Position numbers and translations under genes: made by a program
Notes under the pieces: generated by a model
The model's input: only the letters and a program-made list of their open reading frames with translations
What the model was told of the DNA's origin: nothing
Database searches by the model: none
NCBI RefSeq assembly: GCF_006345805.1
Contig: NC_043003.1
Location: forward strand, 75,950,001 to 76,014,000
Reading direction: 5' to 3'
Source of the DNA: Octopus sinensis
Lineage: Eukaryota
Length of the DNA stretch: 64,000 bases
Shown here: positions 25,140 through 38,084 of the stretch, one piece after another
Layout: the number at the start of each line of letters is the position of its first letter
Numbering within the stretch: position 1 is the first letter of the stretch

Positions 25140-26210
25140 TGTATACACCAGAGGAATTGCTATTTTGAATTCACCATATATGAAGTGTCACTTCAAAAAT
25201 ATGGTTATCCATTGAATGTTTTACCATTTGGAAGGAGACCATTGTCAAACTTTTCGACTTTAAATCAACGCTAAATTATAAAAATTGTAACATTCAATTC
25301 ACAATGGAATATAACAAAGAACAGCTCCCATTTTTAGATATTATGATAAATAAAGTCAATAACCAAATTATAAGTGACATCTATCATAATCCAACGGATT
25401 CGAAAACACTCCAAAACAAATATCCCCTTTAATTTGGCAAAAAGGATTTGCACAATAGTATCTGATAAAGCTACTCGGGACCTTCGCCTTCAAGACCTCA
25501 AAACAACACTAACTGAAAGACAATATCTACCCTCACTTATAGGCGATGCAATTAAACGTGCCTAGAAATTAGACATAAAAAGACTAAGAACAACAAAGCA
25601 TAACACCACACCTCATCTCTAAACACTACTGTATATATCAACCCACAACCCTAGAAACAAGGCATACAATAATATTGTGGAAAATCTCCCTTTACTAAAT
25701 AGAGACCCAAAAATGAACAAAATCCTAAAAGCGCATAAGTTCATCAAATGCAAAAAGCAACACGAATCGCTAAAGAGGCTTCTAACAAATGAAACTATGA
25801 AACTAACGGTTAAAAAATGTGATCGCTTTAACTGTGGAACATACCCTAACCTACCTGAAGGCTCGAATTTCCTTTTCAAACAAGGAATGATGTTCACAAT
25901 AAAACCGACTGCACGTGTGCCTCTGAGAACCTAATTCATGTAATAATCTGCTCGGGTTGTGGACATCGCTACATAGGACAGACGAGTATGACATTCAGAC
26001 TGAGAACAACTCTACATAAAGAGCAGATCTGGTTGCCGCAATACAGACAAATTCCTTGAAGTGAACACATAGAGAAATGCGCAGTTAACATCAAACCAAA
26101 TTTCACAGTTTTCCCCTTCTACCAGTGCAAAGATACAATTTCTTTACAAGAACATATAAAGAAAAATTTTTCATCGAAAAATACAAGAAACGTCTAAAAA
26201 TTCACGCATA
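25140..26210 (+). mobile_element. Second Penelope-like element fragment (RT C-terminus plus GIY-YIG)
   Basis: IQFTMEYNKEQLPFLDIM, IPFNLAKRICTIVSD and IICSGCGHRYIGQT motifs. Confidence 0.9.
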
Positions 26211-26374
26211 ACCAACTTTGATCTCTTTACAAATTTTAATTCACTATTACATATTTATCCCAACTAATTTAGATTTTGATATTAACTTTGCATTTCACAT
26301 CCACCAGACACAAAATTACGGGCCATGCCTCTATAGTAGAAAGGATTATAATTATTTTTAGTAATACGTCAGTA

Positions 26375-26500
26375 GCGGTCAGAGTTGTTAGCACGTTACG
26401 AGTGCAAATTCCACCGAGGTCAACTTTGTCTTTCATCCTTTCGTGGTTGATGTAATCGACTTACCCCTCCCTGGGAATTGCGCCAAACTTTGAAACCGAT
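26375..26500 (+). mobile_element. SINE family A fragment
   Basis: caaattccaccgaggtcaactttgtctttcatcctttcg. Confidence 0.7.
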
Positions 26501-26700
26501 ATATTACACTAAATACAATTTTTTTTAGATTATATTACATGTAATGTAAATATAGACAGTATATCAACACGCTGATTTTCTGAAAGAAAACTAGTTGGAA
26601 TTTCCATAATTCACATATTCCCACTAACTATTACCAAAGAGAGAAGTTTTCTGTATAACAGATCAAAAGTTTATGGTGTAAATTTAAATACGCACGCACG

Positions 26701-26737
<37 letters not shown>

Positions 26738-27459
26738 GCACGCACAAACACACACACACACGAACACACACACGAAATGACAAGAAGCTAAAAGTCTTTG
26801 AGATTAGAGTGCCACAATGTTCTGTTTTGTCTCGTACACTTATCTAGCCACTCACATGTGCACCGTTACCATCTTGATGATAAACACATTTATTCACAGC
26901 AGGGTGAAAATATTCAGATTTGTGAGAAAAGCAGCAATCAATAACAGATTATAAACCCCATTGAAAGTTTGCTTTCAATGGTATATAGTTAATGTTCATT
27001 GGAGACTGGTTGTTGTTCAGATGTCATTTTATTCTGTAGTTGTTCATACTTTTTGAGAGTTGTTGAAAAAAAATGCCTTCAGTCAACATTTGTTCTATTG
27101 TCTTACATATGTTACTTTTTCTTATCTTAAATGCTTAATATATTCCTTCATCTAGAATGTCTACTAAGATTTTAAATTTCTTTTAAACCAACTGAATGAT
27201 AGATAGTGTAAGACTGTCATCTTAACGTAAACAATCAACTATGAGTCAGTTGCAGGCACTCAACAATGATTCAACAGCAGGCACCTCATTTTATTGCAGA
27301 AACAGCTATGAGCTAATGAAGTTCATAAGAAAATTGATTATTCCTTTGTCATCTGAATTCCTTATTACTGCCCAGTATACGACTAATGCTTCATGCTGAT
27401 GCATGTATACATTGTTTTCTACACCAGATTATTAATATGCCTAAGCGAAATATTAATAT

Positions 27460-27566
27460 GCATATAATAACAATAATAATAATAATAATAATGATAATAA
27501 AATATAATAATAATAATAATAATAATAATAACGATGATGATAATGATGATGATGATGATGATGATG

Positions 27567-27630
<64 letters not shown>
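27460..27630. repeat. (AAT)n/(GAT)n microsatellite, upstream target of the R4/Dong-like element
   Basis: Direct reading. Confidence 0.95.
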
Positions 27631-27697
27631 GGAAGACACCGGGGACGGGAAGACACCGGGGACGGGAAGACCCCGGAGACGGGAAGACACCGGGGAC
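27631..27697 (+). repeat. Four tandem 17-bp units GGGAAGACACCGGGGAC at the element's 5' junction
   Basis: Units start at 27631 (16 nt), 27647, 27664 (two substitutions) and 27681. Confidence 0.95.
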
Positions 27698-29764
27698 GTT
27701 TAAAATGTAAGAAGGAAAATAAAGAGCTCCGAAATCTATCCACAAACATCGAAAACAAGGACACCCTATGATGCCAAAGATTTACTAACAAAGAATTGGA
27801 CTATATCCGAGTAAGTAATACGAATTGAAATTTATTACTATTTTCGAAACAAAATGATGTATTTTGACTCGATATTATCTCCACCTCTAACACAACACAT
27901 GTAAACATGCATGGAACAACACGATCATCCCCGACCTCAAACACCATGTACAAAGGAACTACGAAGAAATTAAATGCCACCGATACTATTCAACCCAAGA
28001 ATAACAATCGAGCGGTACGTACATTAAACCTACAACAAAAATGTACGAAAAACTACACGTGCGAAATAATGTGACAACAGAAATAACGGACCGGTACCCT
28101 ACGAAAATGACGACCGTCAAAATAATGGGCCGGACGTTGTACCTCATGTCCCGCAATTAAAACCCAAAAGACGTAAATGACACGTGAGGAATACATTTCT
28201 ATCTTACACGCATACTTCACAGCAATGCTCTACCCACAAAATGAAAATACAACAACACATACATATAAAATATGGAAGGAAAATAATAGAGATATATACG
28301 TGGATACAGCAATGAACCCTAATAAATTAGCTAACGTACGAAGATACATTCTCAAAGCCAAAAAAATATCAGAAATAGAAATAGAACATTTAAAAGAAAA
28401 AATATACCAAGAAAATGTAGATAGAAGCCACACAACAATGCCCAATAATATAAACACTGAAACTGTAAAACACGAAGACAAACGCAACATTCCCAACAAA
28501 CACGATGTAAACAACGAAGGGGAGCCTAATGATTATGATAATATAAAAAATAAAATAATCAAAGAACTAAAACCCACAGAGCTCAAAATGGACCACCGAC
28601 CATACCTCCCAAGAATAAAAATAAACGCAATAACAAGACCAATTATAAACAACATAAACCTAGCCGTCACTGAACTAGCCACTGAAACAAAAAAAAGTGA
28701 TATCACTGAACTAAATGACTTGATATACGCAGCAGCCACAAAAGAAGCTGGATACTCACCCAAACCCGCCCAAACAGGAGTACCACCACCCAAACAAACC
28801 CTGTGGATAAATAACATCCAAAACAAAATAAAAAAAATTAGAAAAGACCTGTCGATTCTTAATGAAATCAGCAAACAGGCAACGCTACTGAGCAACAAAA
28901 AGAGAACAAAAATGCTCCGCAAATATAACATCACAGAAAAAGATTTGCCGGAGATAAAAGAAGCTGAAGCAAGATATCCTTGCCAAAGCTCAAAGGATCC
29001 GCCGGTACGAGAAACGCCAACGCTTCTTTGAACAGAACAAAAAGTTCAACTCCGACCCCAAAAAGTTCTACCAAGAACTGGGAAAAAATAAAATAGAAGT
29101 CACTGCAGCACCAACGGCAGAAGAATTGGAAGAATTCTGGAAAGAAATATGGTCGGCGAACGAACAGCCAAAATAAGGAGTATGAAAATAACAAACTCGG
29201 CATCTGAACAACTTTGGACCCCCATAACAACTGAAGAGGTCACCCAGGCACTGCAAAAACTAAGCAACTGGAAGGCACCCGGGCATGACAAGATCCCCAA
29301 CTTCTGGTTGAAATATCTAACAGGAATGCACAAAATGTTGGCTGAAAACTTTAACAGCATACTAGCAGAGCCAGAGACAATGCCTGAATGGCTCACGAAG
29401 GGGAAAACCATCTTAATTCCCAAATCAAATGAAACAACAAAACCAGAAAACTACAGACCAATAACCTGCCTCCCTACTATATTCAAGGCATTTACTGCAG
29501 TGATATCGCAAAGGCTGAACAAGCACCTGGACGAAAACAAACTGTTCCCAGAAGAGCAGAAAGGATGCCGCAAGGGCTCATATGGCTGTAAAGATCAACT
29601 AATGATTAATAAAGCCGTAACTGAAGACAGCCACAGAAAAAAGAAAGGCCTCAGTATGGCCTGGATTGACTAGAAAAAGGCATTTGATAGCATCCCCCAC
29701 ACATGGATCCTCGAAACACTAGCCATTAACAAAGTAGCACCAACAATCATAAAATTCATAGAGC

Positions 29765-30302
29765 ACTCTATGAATAAATGGCAAACAGTCCTACACCTCC
29801 AAACAAAAGAGGGACTCATGGAAACCAAAGACATCCCCATTAGAAGAGGAATATTCCAGGGAGACACGCTCTCTCCACTCCTTTTCTGCTTGGCACTGTC
29901 ACCTCTATCTGATATGCTAAATAGAACTGGATGCGGATATAAATGTTACGGCAAAACGATCAGCCACCTTTTATATATGGATGACCTAAAACTATACGCT
30001 GCAAATGACAAACAGCTGGAAACACTATTAAAGACTCTATGAATAAATGGCAAACAGTCCTACACCTCCAAACAAAAGAGGGACTCATGAAAACCAAAGA
30101 CATCCCCATTGGAAGAGGAATATTCCAGGGAGACACGCTCTCCACTCCTTTTCTGCTTGGCACTGTCACCTCTATCTGATATGCTAAATAGAACTGGATG
30201 CTGATATAAATGTTACGGCAAAACGATCAGCCACCTTTTATATATGGATGACCTAAAACTATACGCTGCAAATGGCAAACAGCTGGAAACACTATTAAAG
30301 AC
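29765..30302 (+). repeat. ~269-bp tandem duplication inside the RT domain
   Basis: ATG at 29770 recurs at 30039; the second copy has a 2-bp deletion and a stop. Confidence 0.95.
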
Positions 30303-31892
30303 AGTTCATGGATTTACCAAAGAAATAGATATGAAATTTGGATTAGAAAATTGCGCCAAAGTAACCATGAAAAGAGGAAAACTAGTTAAGAGTAACAACA
30401 TCACACTAGATAAAACCAATGAAATAAAAGATTAGACCAAAGCCAAACTTACAAATACTTAGGAATCCATGAACTAGATAAGACACAACACACACAATGA
30501 AAGAGAAAATAAAAAAAAGAATATTATAGACGAGTTAGATCAATACTAAAACAGAGCTCAATGCTAAAACAAGATAATAGGTATCAACACTTTAGCTGTC
30601 CCAGTTATAAGTTACAGCTACAATATCCTTAACTGGACACGAAATGAACTGTCCGAAATAGATAGGAAAACAAGAAAAATACTGACAGGATCTAGGATGC
30701 ATCACCAAAATCTGACATAGAAAGACTATATATACAACGTATAGAAGGTGTTAGAGGCCTTATACAGCTGGAAAACTACTATAAAATAACCACCATAGGA
30801 CTGCAAAAATACCTACTTCAGAAGGAAGGAAAACTGATCCAGATAGCAGCAAAACACGAGCAAAACTAAAAACTGTTCTCAGTATTTAAGGAAGCCGACA
30901 AATACAAACAAGAAATCATACCACCTAATAAACACAAAGAAGAAGATGATGAAGAAACAACAAAAGCTATAAAACAAATGAAATCCAAACTAAAAATAGA
31001 ACAGCAGCGAGCCATGATAAAACGATGGCAAGAAAAACCCCTTCATGGTAAATACTGCACTAAACTAAACGCAAAAGAAATAGACAAAGAAAAATCCCAG
31101 CAATGGTTGAGAAGCTCAGGACTCAAAGCAGAAACAGAGGGATTTTTAATTGCAGCACAAGACTAAAGCCTCCCCACCAGAAATTACCAAAAACATGTAA
31201 TGAAAAGAAATATTACAAGTAACTGCAGAATATGTGGAGATGGACAAGAAACAATAAATCATATTATCTCTAGCTGCCCAGTCCTGGCTAAGAAGGAATA
31301 TATTCACAGACATGACAGAGTTGGAACCTACATACATTGGAAGCTATGCCAACATTATGGAATAACAACAGAAAAAAGATGGTATAGGCACACACCAGAA
31401 AAGGTCACAGAAAACGAGAAAGCAACCATACTCTGGGATATGCCGATACACACAGATAGAGAAATTAAGGCCAACAGACCAGATATAGTTGTCAGAGATC
31501 ATGAAGAAAAAAAATGCTTTCTAATTGATGTATCAATACCGGCAGATGACAACGTGTCTCTAAAAGAAATGGAGACACTCTCAAAATACAAAGACCTGGA
31601 AATAGAGATAACTAGAATGTGGAACCTGAAAACAGAAACAATTCCTATCATAGTAGGTGCATTAGGCATGATAAAAAAATATTCAGACAAATACATAACA
31701 AAAACACCAGGACTTACAAACACATATAACATACAGAAAATTGCACTACTAGGCACTGCACACATCCTACGCAGAACACTTTCCATACAATAACCATCAG
31801 AGCATCACAACAAATCACAGCACATACCCAATCCACACAGAGCTGCGCTCGGTAGTGAAGTGAAAACACGCTATAAAAATAAAACTACTGAA

Positions 31893-32047
31893 TATAATAA
31901 TAATAATAATAATAATAATATATAATAATATAATAATAATAATAATATAATAATAATAAGAAGAAGAAGAAGAGAAGAAGAAGAAGAGAAGAAGAAGAAG
32001 AAGAAGAAGAAGAGAAGAAGAAGAAGAAGAAGGAGAAGAAGAAGAAA
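31893..32047. repeat. (AAT)n tail switching to (AAG)n
   Basis: Direct reading. Confidence 0.95.
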
Positions 32048-33129
32048 CCTCGGGTGGAATTTATAAACATCTAATGCATCACTACGCGTGTTTCCACAAA
32101 TCACATGTCTCTTAAGATCACAGACTGCATTCCTGGGATGATTGCAGTGCAGTCCGTAGTATCTGTGGACATCTGGTTGAACAACTTCATGAATTCATTT
32201 TTCAGGCGATAAAATGTATGTACAACAAAGAGATGTTCATCCGATTTTACCAGTATGAAGTTTAAGCGAGTTATAACTCACTTAACCTTAATAGTGGTAA
32301 CAGAAAGTGTGAAACTGAAGGAAAGATAAGACAGAGAGTAAAGTTATAAGGCGTGAACAGGACAAAAGCGATATTAGTGCATCTATGTTAAACAACACTC
32401 TTTCTCTCTTGTCTGAATTCCTAATTATAACGTTTGCTGTATTACTCAGTGTTTCACCATGCCAACATTCATTAAATAACGGTTTTCATCAAATCTTAAT
32501 ATTCTGCTCAATTTATATCATAAAACTATTTTTCATATTTTTATTTTCCTTCCTATTTCCTTAATATTCTATAGAAGACAAAATATTGATTTATCTTAGA
32601 ATGAATATCGTAGTAATATAGTTATGGCAGCAATTTCCTCGCTATATTATATTTTGTTTTATTGAATAAGACTTATTTTCATTTATTTTTTTCCTTGTTG
32701 CTTGAGCACGAATACTGTCTGTATAATATCGAATTGATTGTATGTGTAATGATTTCTTTCGTAGGTAAGTATATTCAACGATGTATATCATGCCGTTAAG
32801 AAAATAGCGACCTCTGCCACTGAGAGTACAATCTCACTTCCAGCCATGTATATCACTCCTGAGTGTAACCGAAGAAAGTCATGTAATATAGTTCACTTGC
32901 TAGTTTTTAGGAATAGAAGTTCTTACACTTACCACCTTCTTTTCGATATTTGTCGGGGATGGGGTAGCTGATTGTGTGCGTGTGTGTGCGTGCGTGCTTG
33001 TGAGTGTGTATGTGTGTGCCGGACGTATGTATATATATTTGGACTGGTGAATTTGTTCATAGTCATTTATGGGTGTGATAGAAATAGATTTTAGGCATGC
33101 TATTGTCATTACCGGGGGTAGACGCGATT

Positions 33130-33456
33130 GTGTGATAAGAAATGAGACCCCCAGCCACCTGGTTTCAGTTCAGTCCCACTGCGTGGCACCTTGGGTGAGA
33201 GCTTTCTACTATACCAATAGTTGCCAAATTTTCACTACTAAAGATCCCTTTTATTTAAATGAGCTTTCCCATGGACCCTAGGATAATGAAAGGTATGTCA
33301 GCTTAACATGTTCCCAGACCTTCAGTACTACCTTTGCTGACCACCAGGGTTCCACGGACTACAAGTTGGTAACCACTATACTATAGCCTCAGACAGATCT
33401 AAGCCTTGTGAATGGATTTGGTAGACCGAAACTGAAAGAGGCCCGACGTATGTGTG

Positions 33457-33496
<40 letters not shown>

Positions 33497-33725
33497 GTGT
33501 GTGTTTGACACCCACCACCGCTTGACAGCCAGTGTTAGTGTGTTGGTATATTTTTATCCCCGTAACATAGTGGTTCGGCAAAGAAGACCCGATAGAATAA
33601 GTACTAGGCTTAAAAAAATAAATCCAGGTGTCGATTTGTTCCACTTTCAACGCGATTTGTTCCCTTTGAACGCGGTGCCCTTGCGTGGCCGCAAGCAAAT
33701 GAGTGAAGCAAGTAAAAGATAAAAG
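33130..33725 (+). mobile_element. SINE family C (tRNA head, internal (TG)n, stem-loop tail)
   Basis: gttcagtcccactgcgtggcaccttggg head; accgatagaataagtactaggctt body; aaaagataaaagataa tail. Confidence 0.85.
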
Positions 33726-33814
33726 ATAAATTCATCTCATTTTTCGACATAAGAATTGATAAAGATAACAGTTACAAAGTATTATTTATATACTAAGTAA
33801 GGCGGTGAACTGGT

Positions 33815-34190
33815 AGAAACGTTAGCATCGAATGCTTAACGGTATTTAGTGAGCCGCTACGTTCTGAGTTCAAATTCTGCCGAGGTCGACTTTGCCTTTC
33901 ATCCTTTCGGAGTCGATTAAATAAGTACCAGTTACGCACTGGGGTCGATATCATCAATTTAATCAGTTGTCTGTCCGTGTTTGTCCTCTCTTTGTTTAGC
34001 CCAGTGTGGGTAGTAAAGAAATAGGTATTTAGTCTGTCTTTACGTTCTCAGTTCAAATTCCACCGAGGTCGAATTTGCCTTTCATCCTTTCGGGGTCGAT
34101 AAATGAAGTACCAGTTGTATACTGGGGTTGATCTAATCGACTGGCCCTCTCCCCAAAAATTTCGGGCCTTGTGCCTAGAGTAGAAAAGAT
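33815..34190 (+). mobile_element. SINE family A, two-module copy
   Basis: ggcggtgaactggtagaaacgttagc head; module repeated. Confidence 0.9.
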
Positions 34191-34274
34191 TATTTATATA
34201 AAAAGTAGCAACACCTAATGACAAACACCGATCTTGTATTTCAAAAAAAGCATTGAATGTAGTTCAGTATAATC

Positions 34275-34835
34275 CCTTTCTATTCTAGGCACAAGGTACG
34301 AAATTTTGGGGGAGGGGGGCCAATCGATTAGATCAATCTCATTACGAAACTGGTACTCAATTTATCGACACTGAAAGGATGAAAGTCGAAATTTGAACTC
34401 AGAACGTAGACACAGATGAAATACCTATTCCTTTACTACCCACAGGGGGATAAACACAGAGAGGACAAACAAGGACAGACAAACGGATTAAGTCGATTAT
34501 ATCGACCCCAGTGCGTAACTGGTACTTATTTAATCGACCCCGAAAGGATGAAAGGCAAAGTCGACCTCGGCGGAATTTGAACTCAGAACGTAACGGCAGA
34601 CGAAATACCTATTTCTTTACTACCCACAAGGAGCTAAACAGAGAGATGAGAAACAAGGACAGATAAACGGATTAAGTCGATCATATCGACCCCAGTACGT
34701 GACTGGTACTTATTTAATCGACCCCGAAAGGAAGAAAGGCAAAGTCGACCTCGGCGGAATTTGAACCCAGAACGTAGCGGCAGACGAAATACCGCTAAAC
34801 ATTTCGCCCGGCGTGCTAGCATTTCTGCCAGCTCG
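34275..34835 (-). mobile_element. SINE family A, three-module copy (184-bp period)
   Basis: gaac(t/c)cagaacgta recurs at 34395, 34579 and 34763. Confidence 0.92.
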
Positions 34836-35207
34836 AACCTTGCTGCTCAATATAATGGATAAATGATTTTCTCTTCAGTCATGTTTGTGTTTTCAGCCGA
34901 CATATTTAATTTATGACTACTTTTTATCTGAATACAGCTACTTTCAATACAGCTACACACAATCAGCTGCACCTTCCCCGACAAATATCGAAAAGAATGT
35001 GGTAAGTGTATGAACTTCTATTCCTAAAAATTACCAGATGAACTATATTACATGACTTTCTTCGGTTAAACTTTGGAGTGATATACATGGCTGGAAGTGA
35101 GGTTGTACTCTCAGTGGCAGAGGTCGTTATTTTCTTAGCGGCATGATATACATCGTTGATTGAAGCAGTGTTACCGCTGTAACGTTTTTTAAAGTAGTTT
35201 ACTATCT

Positions 35208-35529
35208 GTGAGGGCGCGTGGCTTAGTGGTTAGGGCATTCGGCTCATGATCGTAAGGTTGTGAGTTCGATTCCCGGCCGACGCGTTTGTGTCCTTGAGCA
35301 AGACACTTTATTTCACGTTGCTCCAGTCCACTCAGCTGGCAAAAATGAGTTGTACTTGTATTCAAAGGGTCAGCTTGTCACTCTCTGTGTCACGCTGATA
35401 TCCCGAGAACTACGTTAAGGGTACGCGTGTCTGTGGAATGCTCAGCCATTTGCACGTTAATTTCACGAGCAAGCTTCCGTTGATCGTATCAGCTGGGACC
35501 CTCGTCGTCGTAAACGGCGGAGTCTAGAG
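35208..35529 (+). mobile_element. Full-length CORE-type SINE (family B) with 12-bp TSD
   Basis: A box tggcttagtgg, B box gttcgattcc, core gtgtccttgagcaagacactt; TSD AGTTTACTATCT at 35196-35207 and 35530-35541. Confidence 0.92.
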
Positions 35530-35819
35530 AGTTTACTATCTACTCCTCTGTTTCAGTACGAAAAAATAACTGCAGTTCGTACACTACTGGCTTAGCGTTA
35601 CGCATACGGTTGAGACGTTATGCTCGATTATAGCTTCGTATTCGATTGGCGATAATGATTTTTATGTTACACCCTACTTAATAAACGGGTGCAACAAAAA
35701 TTCATTCCCAAAATTTGTTGAAATTGCCTTTGGTAATAGTGATTATTCGAAAAATATTTTTCTCATAGCGACAGAGATTGTTGAGCAACATTAAATATTA
35801 CGTTTATATGTATATATAG

Positions 35820-35965
35820 GGGGAGAGTTTACAAAAAAAAAACAAAAGACGTAGACAGGTGGTGTACAAAACAAACATATGTATTAGTATAACACTCAGG
35901 AATAGAAAAAAGTATTTACGTTTCTAGCCAACACTCTTCTACAGAAGGGACACAGAAAAAAATAG
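35820..35965 (-). mobile_element. Possible solo PLE pLTR remnant
   Basis: Minus strand ctgtaga-agag...cta-gaaacgta, a degenerate hammerhead-like core. Confidence 0.35.
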
Positions 35966-35985
35966 AGAGAAAAAATATGTGTATT

Positions 35986-36036
<51 letters not shown>

Positions 36037-36324
36037 TATTTATTTATAATAAGTGTAGGTTGTATACGAGTGGGTATATATTTATAAAATGAAGTTTGAA
36101 ATGCCACTATATAAGATACATTTTTATTTTTCTAGAAAGTTCATGTCTCGGTTCTTCTTGAAAAAACGAACCTTAGAAATATATTTTTAAAAGTATAATA
36201 AAAAGTTCTCAATTGTTTCTTACTAGTCTCAACAGAATCCACGTGGTGGTTTTTTGTGGGGGATAGCATATAGCTGTCTTGTGTGTTGACTAAAGTTGGG
36301 GAAATGATCAGTGGCCGAATAGCA

Positions 36325-36405
<81 letters not shown>

Positions 36406-36469
36406 AATGAGAATGCAAAGTATTTAATAGCTCGTAGGATGTTTTAAGTTACTTTTAGGAAGCTTGTAT

Positions 36470-36835
36470 TTGATAATACATTTATTGATTCGTCAACAAC
36501 GAGATGAACAAATGAATAGATTTGCCAGGTACAAGTCAAGAAATACACTGGCAGACAGACATCACTCCTTGTACAGGGAACAAAATGAATACTTACCTAG
36601 TACGATCATGTATCCAGCAACAATTGCTCGCCCCAAACCATTCTTCAGGGCACACTGGATAAAAAAGAAGCAGGCAGAAATTTCATGTTTGGAAACATCA
36701 AGGACTGGACTCGTCACAACACAGTGAACCTGCTATATACAACGAGTGACGATGGCTGACTATGAAAATGTCTACGGTGGTACTCCAACGACAGGCTGCG
36801 TAACATAAGGGATCTTGATGATGATGGTGATGATA
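36470..36835 (+). mobile_element. RTE LINE 3' remnant
   Basis: ILQGTLDK...GNIKDWT-like C-terminus and (GAT)n tail. Confidence 0.6.
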
Positions 36836-37084
36836 TATATGGGTGCAGTTATTTACGTTTATTTCAAGATTTTACCCCAATAGGGAAAGAGTCGGTTTCT
36901 AACCTAGATCCAAATCTTCTTGATCAGGATTTCAACAAAACCAACAGGGTATTTTTGTATGTGTATGTATGTATGTATGTATGTATGTATATATGTATGT
37001 ATGTATATATGTATATATGTATGTGTAAAACTGTATGTTTTATTTTGTGTGTGTATTCTCATGAATATAGCTGATGTGTAGACA

Positions 37085-37650
37085 GGGTCATATATACTCA
37101 AATGAAAAACTCCTGGGAAGTTTTATAGATTTTATTGTTACAGTGATGGGTTGTAACTGTACTCTCCGAATCAGCTTTCTCCTTACTGGTTTTGAGAAGC
37201 CTAATGTCTCAAGATTGGTACATAGGCAGTGTGTTGCATATTCCAGTACCCCAGTACTTATAGGTATAAATCAAAACTTATCATCTGGGTAGAGTAACTG
37301 TTAATTTCTGAATAGTTCTGCTTAGCTATTTTCTTTGCCACTGACCTCTATCTTTATGTTAACATCTGCTGGGCAGCTGATTCCAACAATTGTGCAGTTT
37401 CTCTTCCATATCCCAAATCATCATGTCAGGTCTATTACGTTAACATTTTATTGAGATTTTCACTGCGACATTCCACCAGGACTCCATTATTTTTTAGTGG
37501 CTATGACTTCCACCAGACGGTGGGTTCTTATTTATTTGCCTTCAGGTTGGTTCTTCCGACGGATTTCATTAGTCAAAGCATCATGATTCACCGGTAGATA
37601 ATACTGTAATGACATATTCGGACAACTGCGTATGATGTGAGTGATATTTT
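37085..37650 (-). mobile_element. Second RLE-type (R4/NeSL-like) LINE 3' relic
   Basis: ITHIIRSCPNMSLQYYLP (knuckle) and GISCPADVNIK...ELFRN.QLLYPD..F.FIPI..G (RLE domain). Confidence 0.7.
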
Positions 37651-38005
37651 TGCCAATGTATGAATGTATGTATGTATGTATGTGTGTATGTATGTATGTA
37701 TGTATGTATGTATGTATGTATGTATGTATGTATGTGTATATATATACGTACATACAAAGGCGTAGCTGTAAAATAAGCCGTTTGCTTCCTAACTACATGG
37801 TACCGGATTTAGTACGATTGCATGATGCTAGGTTATGTCCTGTACAATAGGCTCGTGCTATGCAAAGATTTGTGAGCTTGACAGTGTTACTCGGTAGACG
37901 AAAGCTGATAGCTGTCCGCGGTATGTATTTACGTATGTATGTATGTATGTATGTATGTATGTATGTATGTATGGTATGATGCATGTTATATATATATATA
38001 TATAT

Positions 38006-38084
<79 letters not shown>

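Larger units (their letters stand above)
27631..31893 (+). mobile_element. Near-full-length R4/Dong-like RLE non-LTR retrotransposon, inactivated
   Basis: KRRK(W)TREEY N-terminus; RT motifs NWKAPGHD, YRPITCLPTIFK, EEQKGCRKG, MAWID(Y), RRGIFQGDTLSPLLF, HLLYMDDLKLY; CCHC knuckle CRICGDGQETINHIISSC; RLE RPDIVVRD...LIDVSIP...KYKDL; (TAA)n on both sides. Confidence 0.95.
32775..35159. repeat. ~204-bp inverted repeat pair (32775-32978 and 34956-35159) enclosing three SINEs
   Basis: Reverse-complement alignment by eye, roughly 85-90% identical. Confidence 0.9.

Noticed and set aside
27631-27697. 17-bp direct repeats as a CRISPR array
   Set aside because: No spacers, too short, eukaryotic context, no cas genes
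35208-35285. tRNA gene calls for SINE heads (also 14156-14229 and 51710-51783)
   Set aside because: Each runs on into SINE or PLE body sequence and lacks a complete acceptor stem
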